Below, piece by piece: positions 46,133-55,018 of a stretch of DNA of 55,080 nucleotides; position 1 is the stretch's first letter; every line of letters starts with the position of its first letter. Where the stretch lies: the NCBI GenBank assembly GCA_002773535.1, contig PFAZ01000009.1, forward strand, positions 100,739 through 155,818, written 5' to 3'. Made by a program: the position numbers and the translations under genes. This DNA is from Candidatus Harrisonbacteria bacterium CG10_big_fil_rev_8_21_14_0_10_40_38 (GTDB lineage Bacteria; Patescibacteriota; Minisyncoccia; UBA6257; 1-14-0-10-40-38). Below the pieces are notes generated by a model, which was given only the letters and a program-made list of their open reading frames with translations, searched no databases and was not told where the DNA came from.

Positions 46133-47689
46133 TTATGCTAACCGATGGAGTAAACTTTCTCCAGTCATATCTTTTGGTTTTGGAATCTCCATAATTTCGA
46201 GAATTGTTGGAGCAACATCGGCTAGTATACCGACGGCTTCTTCTTCTATTCTATCTATCTCTGCTTCGTCTTTTTTTCTTTCAAATCCACTACCTATCAG
46301 GTGAAGCGGTACGAAATTTGGATCGTGGGTTGTCTGGATTCTACCAGTGTATGGATCTAGCATGCGTTCTACATTGCCGTGATCTGATGTGATGATAAGG
46401 ATTGAATTTGTTTCGAGGCAGGCCTTTGTGATTTTTTCCATTTCACCATCAATTATTTTTATCGCTTGGAGGGCGGCATCATAGTTTCCGGTATGGCCCA
46501 TGATATCGGGATTTGCATAATTTGCGACAATGAAATTAAAACCTTCTTCTGATAGTGAGTCCGTTATTCTTCTCGTAATCTCTTTAGCCATCATTTCGGG
46601 GGCATCATCTTTTTTAGGTATGTTTTGTGATGGGATGATGATTCGATATTCGCCTTTAAATGGTTTTTCTTTGTATCCATTTAAAAAGAATGTGACGTGG
46701 TTGTATTTTTCTGTTTCTGATATATGAAGTTGGAGCTTGTTTTCTTCTGAAAGGACTTTTGCAAGGGGGGTGTCGACCGTGTCGCTTGGAAAGGCGACAG
46801 GAACATCAAATTCGTTTCCGTAGTGCGTCATTGTTCCGACATATAAATTTTTAAGTTCTTTGATTGGAAACTCTCCAAAATCTTTAATGCAAAAAGGTGA
46901 TGCAAGTTCACGGATGTTGTCTTCTCTAAAATTAAAGAAAAGTACTGCGTCATTATTTCCAATGCATTTTGCACCATTTCCTACTCTGGCCGGTTCAATG
47001 AATCTGTCGTCGAGACCTCTTTTGTAATAATCATCAATAAATTCATCAAGATTTTCTGTAACGAGCCCCCCGCCTGTAAGGACTTCATAAACTTTTTCGG
47101 TTCTTTGCCAATGCCGTTCCTGATCCATGGCATAATAACGTCCTGATATGGTGGATATTTTGCCAATGCCAAGATCGTCCGATAGATTTTTTACTTTTTC
47201 CAATCTAGTTTTGACGCTTTTTGGTGGGCTGTCTTTTCCGTCGCTTATGAAATGAAAAGTGATATTTGATACATTGTTTTTCTTTGCGGCGGAAATGAGG
47301 GCAAAGAGGTGTTCTTCTGATGAATCTATATTGCTTTCTGATAGAGTGCCGATGAGGTGCAGGGTACTCTTTTGTTTTTTTACGTGATTAAATGCTTGGA
47401 GAAATACGTTGTTTTGGAAGAAGCTTCCGTTTCTTATGCTTAGGGTTATCTTTGGGTAGTGTTGATATATTATTTTTCCGGCGCCTATGTTGACGTGCCC
47501 AACTTCACTATTTCCTTCTTCTTCCCACGGAAGACCAACTGCTATACCAGATGACTGTAGGGCGCCATATCTGTAGTTTTCTTTAATATATTGTATGAAT
47601 TTTGGCTGGGCTACATGAATAGGGTTTGAATAATCTTTTTGCCCTATTCCCCAACCATCTAAAATGATAAGTACTACAGTTCTCTGCAT
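46133..47689 (-). CDS. gpmI: 2,3-BPG-independent phosphoglycerate mutase family protein, divergent
   Basis: LDGWG, GNSEVGH, ETEKY, DIMGHTG, TSDHGNVE. Confidence 0.85.
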   Translation of the reverse strand: MQRTVVLIILDGWGIGQKDYSNPIHVAQPKFIQYIKENYRYGALQSSGIAVGLPWEEEGNSEVGHVNIGAGKIIYQHYPKITLSIRNGSFFQNNVFLQAFNHVKKQKSTLHLIGTLSESNIDSSEEHLFALISAAKKNNVSNITFHFISDGKDSPPKSVKTRLEKVKNLSDDLGIGKISTISGRYYAMDQERHWQRTEKVYEVLTGGGLVTENLDEFIDDYYKRGLDDRFIEPARVGNGAKCIGNNDAVLFFNFREDNIRELASPFCIKDFGEFPIKELKNLYVGTMTHYGNEFDVPVAFPSDTVDTPLAKVLSEENKLQLHISETEKYNHVTFFLNGYKEKPFKGEYRIIIPSQNIPKKDDAPEMMAKEITRRITDSLSEEGFNFIVANYANPDIMGHTGNYDAALQAIKIIDGEMEKITKACLETNSILIITSDHGNVERMLDPYTGRIQTTHDPNFVPLHLIGSGFERKKDEAEIDRIEEEAVGILADVAPTILEIMEIPKPKDMTGESLLHRLA

Positions 47690-47751
47690 AGTTTTATTCT
47701 AAAGTGGCTTTGTTTTATACACTAGGGGATAGAACTCCACAGCAACCAATA

Positions 47752-47780
47752 TTGACGCTCTAGAGTTAGAGTAATATAAA
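47752..47780 (+). promoter_or_regulatory. Sigma70 promoter for rny
   Basis: TTGACG-N17-TATAAA. Confidence 0.7.
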
Positions 47781-47798
47781 GGTATTATACCTTTATAT
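47774..47798. promoter_or_regulatory. Perfect 12-1-12 palindrome, operator-like
   Basis: ATATAAAGGTAT-T-ATACCTTTATAT. Confidence 0.6.
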
Positions 47799-47903
47799 GA
47801 GCCGAATTATGTTATTAACTAATATTTTTACTTTTTCCAGCGTGTTTTCAGGGAATATTTTCACTAGACCCTTTTTTCATGTTAGGAAATTTCTTTCAAA
47901 AAT

Positions 47904-49427
47904 ATGTCAGAAAATATATTCCCAATTCTTGGAGCTTTACTCGTTGGTCTTCTTGTCGGTTACGTTATACGTAGGATTGCAGTAGGTCAGAGAGCGAGTT
48001 CTATTGAGCAAAAATTAAAACTACAGGTTGAAGAAGCGAAGCAAAATGCTCAAGCCGTTCTTTTGGAGGCGAAAGAAAAAGCAGCAGTTTTTTTAGATGA
48101 TGCAAAAAAGGAGGAAAAGGAGAGACAGCAGCAATTGGACAAATTGGCTGATAGATTAATAAAACGCGAGGAGCTTATTGAACAACAAGTAAGACAAGTG
48201 TCTTCTAAGGAAGAGCATCTCGAAGGTGAGTTGGCTAAATTGGCAAAGCTAAAAACCGAAACGGAAGAAAAACAGTCAAAATTGGCTGGGGAGCTGGAGC
48301 GTATAACGGGGTTAAGTCTTGAGGATGCAAAGAAAGAGTTATTTTCAAAAATAGAGGATGAATATAAACAGGAATTACCATCGCTTGTACAAAAACTCGA
48401 AAAGGAAAGGAGGGATGAGATAGAAAAGAGGAGTCAGGAAATTATAACCACTGCTATACAACGGTATGCCCGTACGCATGTTGCTGAAATCACTACATCA
48501 GTATTTCATCTCCCAAATGAGGATTTGAAGGGTAAAATTATAGGACGTGAGGGAAGAAATATAAGAGCATTGGAAAGACTTACCGGTGTTGAAATTATTG
48601 TTGATGAAGCGCCTGATAGCATAGTTCTTTCATCTTTTGACCCTTTGAGGAGAGAAATTGCAAGAATGACTTTAGAAAAACTTATTAAAGACGGGAGAAT
48701 TCAGCCGGCGAAGATCGAAGAAAAGGTAGAGGAATCACGACAAGAGTTAACAAAAAGAATGCAGGCCATTGGGGAGCAGGCAGCTCTCGAGGTTGGTGTT
48801 GTAGGTCTTTCTAAGGAACTTCTTCAGCTTTTAGGGAGATTACATTTTAGGACGAGCTATGGTCAGAATGTTCTTGTTCATTCAGTTGAAATGGCTCATA
48901 TATCAGCAATGATTGCTGCGGAGTTGGGCGCTAACATTGAGGTCGCGAAAAAAGGAGCTCTTTTGCACGATATCGGCAAAGCGATAAGTCACGAGGTTGA
49001 AGGAACTCATGTTGAACTTGGGAGAAAGCTTCTTAAAAAATATTCTGTTGAAGAGCCGGTTATAAGAGCTATGGAGTCTCATCATGAGGATTATCCATTT
49101 TCTACTCCGGAGTCATATATTGTTGCAGCTGCTGATGTTTTGTCGGCTGCAAGGCCTGGGGCGAGGAGAGACACTGTTGAGAGTTATATTAAAAGATTGG
49201 AGGAGTTGGAAAAAATCGTTAATCAATTTGATGGTGTAAGAAATTCTTATGCACTTTCGGCAGGGCGTGAGGTGAGAGTTTTTGTTGTTCCTGAAAAAAT
49301 AGATGATTTTCGTGCGCTTCAGCTTGCAAAAGATATTGCTGCTAAAATTCAGTCGGAGATGAAGTACCCCGGTGAGATAAAGGTTAATGTTATTCGCGAA
49401 CTTAGGGCTGTGGAATTCGCAAGATAG
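47904..49427 (+). CDS. rny: Ribonuclease Y
   Basis: N-terminal TM, coiled coil, KH (IIGREGRNI), HD (LLHDIGK). Confidence 0.98.
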   Translation: MSENIFPILGALLVGLLVGYVIRRIAVGQRASSIEQKLKLQVEEAKQNAQAVLLEAKEKAAVFLDDAKKEEKERQQQLDKLADRLIKREELIEQQVRQVSSKEEHLEGELAKLAKLKTETEEKQSKLAGELERITGLSLEDAKKELFSKIEDEYKQELPSLVQKLEKERRDEIEKRSQEIITTAIQRYARTHVAEITTSVFHLPNEDLKGKIIGREGRNIRALERLTGVEIIVDEAPDSIVLSSFDPLRREIARMTLEKLIKDGRIQPAKIEEKVEESRQELTKRMQAIGEQAALEVGVVGLSKELLQLLGRLHFRTSYGQNVLVHSVEMAHISAMIAAELGANIEVAKKGALLHDIGKAISHEVEGTHVELGRKLLKKYSVEEPVIRAMESHHEDYPFSTPESYIVAAADVLSAARPGARRDTVESYIKRLEELEKIVNQFDGVRNSYALSAGREVRVFVVPEKIDDFRALQLAKDIAAKIQSEMKYPGEIKVNVIRELRAVEFAR

Positions 49428-49433
49428 CACTTG

Positions 49434-49463
49434 TTGGCGTAAACCCCTTATATTTGCTATACT
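49434..49463 (+). promoter_or_regulatory. Promoter for hup
   Basis: TTGGCG-N18-TATACT with extended -10 TG. Confidence 0.55.
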
Positions 49464-49522
49464 TTCGTCAGGTATTAGGAAAAGGTCGATGAGCTACTAT
49501 ATGGCTATTTATTGTATTGCTT

Positions 49523-49798
49523 ATGAAAAAAGATGGACTCGTTGACGCGGTAATGAATGCCGCGGCTATCCCAACAAAAAAACAGGCACAGGAAGCCGTT
49601 GAAGCGGTGTTTGATACCATTGTTAAAACTATGGGCCGCGGAGAAGAGGTTGCTATTGCCGGTTTCGGCACATTTCGTGTCGCAAAGCGTGCAGCTCGTG
49701 AGGGGCGTAACCCAAAGACAGGTGAAAAGATTATGATCGCGGCTTCAATTAAGCCAAAATTCCGAGCTGGTAAGCTTCTAAAAGAAGCAGTTAACTAG
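49523..49798 (+). CDS. hup: DNA-binding protein HU
   Basis: GFGTF, RAAREGRNPKTGE, PKFRAGKLLKEAV. ATG 49523. Confidence 0.97.
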   Translation: MKKDGLVDAVMNAAAIPTKKQAQEAVEAVFDTIVKTMGRGEEVAIAGFGTFRVAKRAAREGRNPKTGEKIMIAASIKPKFRAGKLLKEAVN

Positions 49799-49810
49799 TT
49801 TCGACTTTCC

Positions 49811-49857
49811 AAATAAACAAAGCACCCCCCGCCGAAGCGGGGGTGCTTTGTTTATTT
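49811..49857. terminator. Long bidirectional terminator
   Basis: AAATAAACAAAGCACCCCCCGC-CGAA-GCGGGGGTGCTTTGTTTATTT. Confidence 0.9.
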
Positions 49858-50734
49858 ATTGGGTTTTGATTATCAACAAGAATCCTTTGTAGGCGTCTTT
49901 TAGTGATGAGATTGTGTTTTCTATGTAAGTTCTTGTTGATGGTGATGGTGTCGGGGTAATTGATGTTGGTGGCGTTGGTGTTGTTGTCGGTGTGGGGGAT
50001 GCGAGTGGTGGTGTTGCTGATATTAGGTTTGTTGGAGATGGTTTAGTGGATGGTGCCGGTGATTCGGAGATTTTTATAATATTCCATTTTTTTATAAAAA
50101 CTTCTTTTGCCAAGGCGCTGTATTTTTCAGCTTCTTTTATAGCATTTGAAGAATCTTCGAAAATTTTTGATTTTTCCTCATCTGTTTCAATGATTTTTTT
50201 GTAAGCAGATGATATTTTGTCGAGTCTGTTGTTTGCGATGTTTGTGATTTCCTGTGTTTGCCAAACAAGTATTAGGTTAAAAATATTTTTTGCTTCTAAA
50301 TTATATTTATCCTCTCTCCAGTTTTTTATATCTGATGCGATTTTGTAAATTGTTTGTAGGTCTTTTGCGTCTTCTACTTCTTTGTAGGTGTCAGTAATAT
50401 ACTGACTAAAAGAGTCTAGATCTTTGGAGATTTCATCTTTTATGATTTCCAAATCTTCTGATGGTTTTTCTATTTTGGAAATTTTTTCATTGAAGTTTTT
50501 TATTTCGATAGTTGAAATGTCTAATACTCGCAGTAGTACGCTGCGTTTTAGCTCGAGTTCGAGTTCTTTTTTTGCTGTGACTGATTTAGTTATGTTTGCT
50601 TCATTGGCGTCGGTTTTTAGGGAGATTTCTGGTGATGCTGTTTGTGCGTGAGCATTATTTACTGCAAGAAAAAATATAAGCATCAGAGTGCTTATCAGCA
50701 TTGAGTAATATTTTTTTGCCTTTTTTAGTTCCAT
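49856..50734 (-). CDS. Secreted helical protein with Pro/Thr-rich linker
   Basis: Signal peptide (AHA-Q); overlaps the upstream gene end. Confidence 0.65.
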   Translation of the reverse strand: MELKKAKKYYSMLISTLMLIFFLAVNNAHAQTASPEISLKTDANEANITKSVTAKKELELELKRSVLLRVLDISTIEIKNFNEKISKIEKPSEDLEIIKDEISKDLDSFSQYITDTYKEVEDAKDLQTIYKIASDIKNWREDKYNLEAKNIFNLILVWQTQEITNIANNRLDKISSAYKKIIETDEEKSKIFEDSSNAIKEAEKYSALAKEVFIKKWNIIKISESPAPSTKPSPTNLISATPPLASPTPTTTPTPPTSITPTPSPSTRTYIENTISSLKDAYKGFLLIIKTQ

Positions 50735-51129
50735 GTTTCCTGTTCGGGTTGTGTGTTTTTTGTGTCGTCTATTTTATCGAGTATTGACGCTACCTCAGCA
50801 GCAGATTCTGAAAAATATTGGGCGTCTTTGAGCTCAATTCTAAATTCAAGATTTTTGGCTTCTGCTTGAAGAGTTTCTCTACTTGTTGTGTTGCCTCCGG
50901 TAAATAGTTTTATATAACTAAATGTTCCTAAACCCACTATAAGAAAGGCCGCAAAACCAATTGCAAAGGGTGAAAATATTAATCTCGGTTTTTGTGTGTA
51001 TGCTTTTTCTGATACATCGAGATTGTTTTTGCTGTTTAGTATTCTTTGAAGTGAATATTGTTTGAAATTTTCTGAAATTTCAATTTGTTCAGCGTTGGTT
51101 TTAAGTATTTTTGAAATTTGTTCTTCCAT
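50725..51129 (-). CDS. Single-pass membrane protein, probable anti-sigma factor
   Basis: Directly downstream of the ECF sigma gene; central TM. Confidence 0.55.
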   Translation of the reverse strand: MEEQISKILKTNAEQIEISENFKQYSLQRILNSKNNLDVSEKAYTQKPRLIFSPFAIGFAAFLIVGLGTFSYIKLFTGGNTTSRETLQAEAKNLEFRIELKDAQYFSESAAEVASILDKIDDTKNTQPEQETWN

Positions 51130-51135
51130 ATTGCT

Positions 51136-51717
51136 TTAAAGCATCTCTTGTATGTTGGGAAAAATTGATTTTGTTTTTGGTTTTTTGCTCGAAAGTTTTT
51201 TTAGAGTGTTTATTGCTCTGTGTTGCATGAGCCTCACCGCGCCTTCGCTTTTCTTCATAACCTTTGCGATATCTTTGTGGCTCTGATCGTTCATGAATCT
51301 CATCAATATAACGTCTTGTTGATCAGGTGTTAGCTTTTGAATAAGAGACTTAACTTTTTCGATGGACAATATATTTTCCAGATCAAGTTCTATATTTGAA
51401 TCAGACTTCAAGAAGTCTCCTTCGATTTCATCTACAGATGTGTGATTTTTTTTGGTTCTGTAGTGATCAATTACTTTATTTCTCGCTATCTGGTATAACC
51501 AGCTTGAAAATGGGAATCCTTTGTCTGTGTATGTGCCAATGCTCTGCCATGCGCTCACGAAGACCTCGTGAGTAAGGTCTTCGGCCTCTTGAGTTTGGCT
51601 AACCCTCATATATATAAATCGGTATATTGGGGTGATATAGTGATTATATAGGGCCTCAAAAGCCTTACTTTCACCGGATTTTGCTTCTTGTATTAGGTTT
51701 TTTTCCCTTTCTAACAT
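51136..51717 (-). CDS. ECF sigma-70 family factor
   Basis: AEDLTHEVF, FSSWLYQIARNKVIDHYR, LTPDQQDVILMRF, SEGAVRLMQHRA. Likely ATG 51717. Confidence 0.95.
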   Translation of the reverse strand: MLEREKNLIQEAKSGESKAFEALYNHYITPIYRFIYMRVSQTQEAEDLTHEVFVSAWQSIGTYTDKGFPFSSWLYQIARNKVIDHYRTKKNHTSVDEIEGDFLKSDSNIELDLENILSIEKVKSLIQKLTPDQQDVILMRFMNDQSHKDIAKVMKKSEGAVRLMQHRAINTLKKLSSKKPKTKSIFPNIQEML

Positions 51718-51722
51718 AATAA

Positions 51723-51748
51723 AACGAATGGCGAGATCTTTAGTTACT
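51723..51748 (-). promoter_or_regulatory. Candidate ECF autoregulatory promoter
   Basis: AGTAAC-N16-CGTT ending 5 nt before the sigma ATG. Confidence 0.5.
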
Positions 51749-51803
51749 GTTATACCTATGTTATCATCATAAACGATTTTCATCTATTTTTGCCACAATT
51801 TAT

Positions 51804-52508
51804 ATGGACAAGCCAGCTATTCTTACAGTTGAAAAACTCAGGGTCTCTTTTGACCATAACGTCATTTTGTCTGACCTAAGTTTCACTGTTTCACGAGGTG
51901 GAACAGTCGCAATCATAGGACCAAATGGAGCGGGGAAGACCGCGCTTTTTAGATCGCTTATTGGGAGCATACCCCATAAGGGATCTGTTACCTGGGCGCC
52001 GGGAGTTCGGATTGGTTATGTTCCACAGAAGCTTGGGATTGATAGAAACCTGTCGGTTACTCTTCGCGACTTTCTTTCTTTTAAGAGGAGTATATTACAT
52101 TTACCCGAGTTGGTTATTCCGGAGGTTCTTCGCTATGTTCATTTGGGAGAAGACAAGCTCAATGTTCCGCTTGGTGGACTTTCTGGCGGTGATCTGCAAA
52201 GAGCGCTTGTTGCCCTTGCTCTTATAGGCAACCCAGATGTTTTGCTTTTTGACGAACCAACTGCGGGAGTTGATCTTCCGGGAGAGGAGAGGATATATCA
52301 CACGCTACATGAACTTCAGGATAGATATGGCATAACACTTATCTTTATATCTCACGATCTTAACCTTGTTTATCGATATGCTGATACGGTTATCTGTCTT
52401 AATCGGTCTTTGGTTTGTTTTGGAAGCCCCGAAGAGACTTTAAATGAGGACGTTTTAGATAAGCTTTACGGCTCGAAAATTCATCACCACCTACACCAAC
52501 ATGAATGA
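51804..52508 (+). CDS. znuC: Zn/Mn ABC transporter ATPase
   Basis: GPNGAGKT, IGYVPQ, LSGGDLQR, DEPT, His-rich tail. Confidence 0.85.
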   Translation: MDKPAILTVEKLRVSFDHNVILSDLSFTVSRGGTVAIIGPNGAGKTALFRSLIGSIPHKGSVTWAPGVRIGYVPQKLGIDRNLSVTLRDFLSFKRSILHLPELVIPEVLRYVHLGEDKLNVPLGGLSGGDLQRALVALALIGNPDVLLFDEPTAGVDLPGEERIYHTLHELQDRYGITLIFISHDLNLVYRYADTVICLNRSLVCFGSPEETLNEDVLDKLYGSKIHHHLHQHE

Positions 52509-53274
52509 TCAGGTTTTACAAATATTGTCTTTGGGGCTTATGTCACTTGTGGCTGCTGCTTCTGGTCTCATTGGAGTTTTTGCTCTGACGAGGAGGATGA
52601 CTTTGGCTGCTGATGCAATTTCTCATATCGCTCTTCCAGGTATCGGCATTGCTTTGCTTTTAAAAATAGATCCTGTAATAGGAGCTGCAGTTATGCTCGT
52701 TGCTGGAGCTTTTGTTGTTTGGGCTCTTGAGAAAAAGACAAAAATTTCAACAGAGGCTGTTATAGGAATTTTGTTTACCGCATCTCTTGCGATAGGAAGC
52801 ATTATCATACCGGTAGAGGAAGATCTTTTAGATGCCCTGTTTGGGGAGGCGGCTATCTTTAACTCTTTGGAGCTTGCTCTTGGGATTCCTCTCGCAATTA
52901 TTATTATCTTTCTTGTTCTTAAATATAAAGACAAATTTACGCTTTCGTTTATTTCGCCGGATATTGCGAGGACGTCTGGTTTGTCCGTTTCAAAATTAGA
53001 TCTTTTATATCTTTTACTTTTTGTAGGAACCATTGTTCTTGGGCTTAAATTTTTAGGGGCTTTGCTTATGGGGTCACTTATAATTGTTCCGGCTGCGGTG
53101 TCTCGAAATATCGCAAGAAGTTTTTCTTCGGATTTGCTCATATCACTTCTTGTTGCTGTGTTTTCTGCGTTTGTTGGATTTGTTGTTGCTGCGCATTACG
53201 GAATAGCAACAGGCCCTGCAATTATCATGGTTGCGGCAGGACTGTTTTTTGTAAGCGTGTTTTTCAGTGAGTAG
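52501..53274 (+). CDS. znuB: Zn/Mn ABC transporter permease
   Basis: ADAISHIALPG, GALLMGSLIIVPA, TGPAII. Confidence 0.85.
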   Translation: MNDQVLQILSLGLMSLVAAASGLIGVFALTRRMTLAADAISHIALPGIGIALLLKIDPVIGAAVMLVAGAFVVWALEKKTKISTEAVIGILFTASLAIGSIIIPVEEDLLDALFGEAAIFNSLELALGIPLAIIIIFLVLKYKDKFTLSFISPDIARTSGLSVSKLDLLYLLLFVGTIVLGLKFLGALLMGSLIIVPAAVSRNIARSFSSDLLISLLVAVFSAFVGFVVAAHYGIATGPAIIMVAAGLFFVSVFFSE

Positions 53275-53304
53275 TTTTATTTTCCTGCTTGATTCCTTTT
53301 TAAG

Positions 53305-53378
53305 TGGAGCGGGTAAGGGGAATCGAACCCCTGTCTTGACCATGGCAAGGTCGCGTATTACCACTATACTATACCCGC
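53305..53378 (-). tRNA. tRNA-Gly(GCC)
   Basis: GCGGGTA/TACCCGC acceptor, TTGCCAT loop, TTCGATT, encoded CCA. Confidence 0.97.
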
Positions 53379-53425
53379 GAATCTTCTTAGAAAAAGATAC
53401 ACAGAATTTATTTCGCGCGCAAGTT

Positions 53426-53584
53426 TTATTTTGTTGGTGGGGGTTCTTTTGGGCCGTTTACAAATGGAGTTCCTTTTGGTCCTGTAAAATCTTTTTTTGA
53501 TTCGATTTGTTTTTGATTTATGAAAAAAAATATTGCTGTTATTGCAATGACTGAAACTATTGCGGCTATTATTATTTTTTTCAT
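53426..53584 (-). CDS. 52-aa membrane-anchored peptide with Gly/Pro-rich tail
   Basis: Not in ORF track. MKKIIIAAIVSVIAITAIFFFINQKQIESKKDFTGPKGTPFVNGPKEPPPTK; fills the gap between FemABX and tRNA-Gly. Confidence 0.7.
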   Translation of the reverse strand: MKKIIIAAIVSVIAITAIFFFINQKQIESKKDFTGPKGTPFVNGPKEPPPTK

Positions 53585-53628
53585 ATAGATTGATAATGAT
53601 TTACTATAATAATATAGGAAAACGTTTT

Positions 53629-54678
53629 ATGAATATAATCGAAGTACGCGAAGATGACAGGGATTTATGGAATTCTTTTGTTGGTGAAAATTTTCCGCCG
53701 GTAGGTGGGTTTTTGCAATCTTGGGAATGGGGAGAGTTTAAGGGAGTTCTTAGTCACCCTGTAAAAAGATTTTATATGGAGTCTGGAGGGGGGTGGATTC
53801 TCGCATTTACGATAGAAGACCATTCTATATCTTTTGGTTTGCGGTATGAATATGCACCGAGGGGCCCCGTGTTTGCAAAGCATATTTTAGAAAATCCAAA
53901 GGAACTGGTTTCTGTGATTAAAGTTTTTAAGGATTATCTAAAGAAAACATATCCGGGTGTAACTTTTGTGCGGCTTGAGCCACCAATTAGTGAACAGTTG
54001 TCGTATCTTTTAAAAACAGATTTTAATTTCCCCAAATATTATATCCAGCCTAGATTTAATAGTGTTGTTAATCTAAAAAATAGTGATGATGAAATATTTA
54101 AATCTTTTTCGAGGGATATGAGGCATGATATCCGAGCAGCGGAGAAGCGTGGAGTTAATGCCGTCATGAATTCGTCTCTAGATGAAAAAGAAATGAGTTT
54201 ATTTTTAGGAATGCAGAGAGATACATCGAAAAGAGCCGGCAAAGAGGTTTATCCGAGTAAAAAATATTATGAAACCTTGTTTGATAAGTTGCCTCCGGAA
54301 GAAATGAGGGGGGACAGGTTAACTCTGACGGTGGGCGCTTTTATTGCATCTTATGACGGTGAACCTGTAGCGATTCATCTTGTAGTGTTTTTTGCGGATA
54401 CCGCGACTTATCTATATGGAGCTTCTTTTTCAGGTAAGCCTTCTTCAAAGGCGACATCGTATCTTCATTGGTATGCGATGTGCGAAGCAAAGCGTCTTGG
54501 ATATTTTTGGTATGATATAGGAGGGATAGATCAAAAACGTTGGCCGAGTCTTTCTTATTTTAAAAGTCAGTTTGGTGGAAAAGTTGTAAGCTATCTTGGA
54601 AATATTGATCTTGTTTTAAAACCTTTTTCTTATGATTCGTATAATTTTATGAGACGGATAAAATACCCTGATATGTGA
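53629..54678 (+). CDS. FemABX-family peptidoglycan bridge aminoacyltransferase
   Basis: FLQSWEWGEFK, YAPRGP, RHDIRAAEKRG, TYLYGAS, YDIGGI, FKSQFGG. Likely ATG 53629. Confidence 0.92.
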   Translation: MNIIEVREDDRDLWNSFVGENFPPVGGFLQSWEWGEFKGVLSHPVKRFYMESGGGWILAFTIEDHSISFGLRYEYAPRGPVFAKHILENPKELVSVIKVFKDYLKKTYPGVTFVRLEPPISEQLSYLLKTDFNFPKYYIQPRFNSVVNLKNSDDEIFKSFSRDMRHDIRAAEKRGVNAVMNSSLDEKEMSLFLGMQRDTSKRAGKEVYPSKKYYETLFDKLPPEEMRGDRLTLTVGAFIASYDGEPVAIHLVVFFADTATYLYGASFSGKPSSKATSYLHWYAMCEAKRLGYFWYDIGGIDQKRWPSLSYFKSQFGGKVVSYLGNIDLVLKPFSYDSYNFMRRIKYPDM

Positions 54679-54683
54679 TAGAT

Positions 54684-54718
54684 GTGGCCAGTGCTGTATC
54701 TTTTTTTACACTGGCCAC
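54684..54718. terminator. 10-bp inverted repeat between convergent genes
   Basis: GTGGCCAGTG-N15-CACTGGCCAC. Confidence 0.5.
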
Positions 54719-54722
54719 TTGG

Positions 54723-54845
54723 CTATTGTTTCCATAGCCTAACTTTCGGTTGTACTCTTCGGAGAGTTTTTTCACATCCCCTGAAAAGTGTTGCGATAAC
54801 TCCGAGTAGTATCAGAGAGATTGCAAGTGATATTACAAACCCCAT
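54723..54845 (-). CDS. 40-aa single-TM peptide with basic tail
   Basis: Not in ORF track. MGFVISLAISLILLGVIATLFRGCEKTLRRVQPKVRLWKQ; AAGGAG 6 nt upstream. Confidence 0.65.
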   Translation of the reverse strand: MGFVISLAISLILLGVIATLFRGCEKTLRRVQPKVRLWKQ

Positions 54846-55018
54846 GTCACTCTCCTTATTGGGTTTCCGGTGAGTGAAGATCTAATTTTAGTGTAACAGC
54901 TTTTTCTAAATTTATCTGTGAGTTTTTTACCTTCTTGATTCTTGGTGTGGTTTTCGACACAATACTTAAGGCATATTAATACGTCCTCGTCCCGCAGTAA
55001 CGGGACTCGGGATTTCAC

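Noticed and set aside
53143-53364. 73-aa ORF overlapping tRNA-Gly and znuB
   Set aside because: Reads through the tRNA gene and antisense to znuB; spurious.
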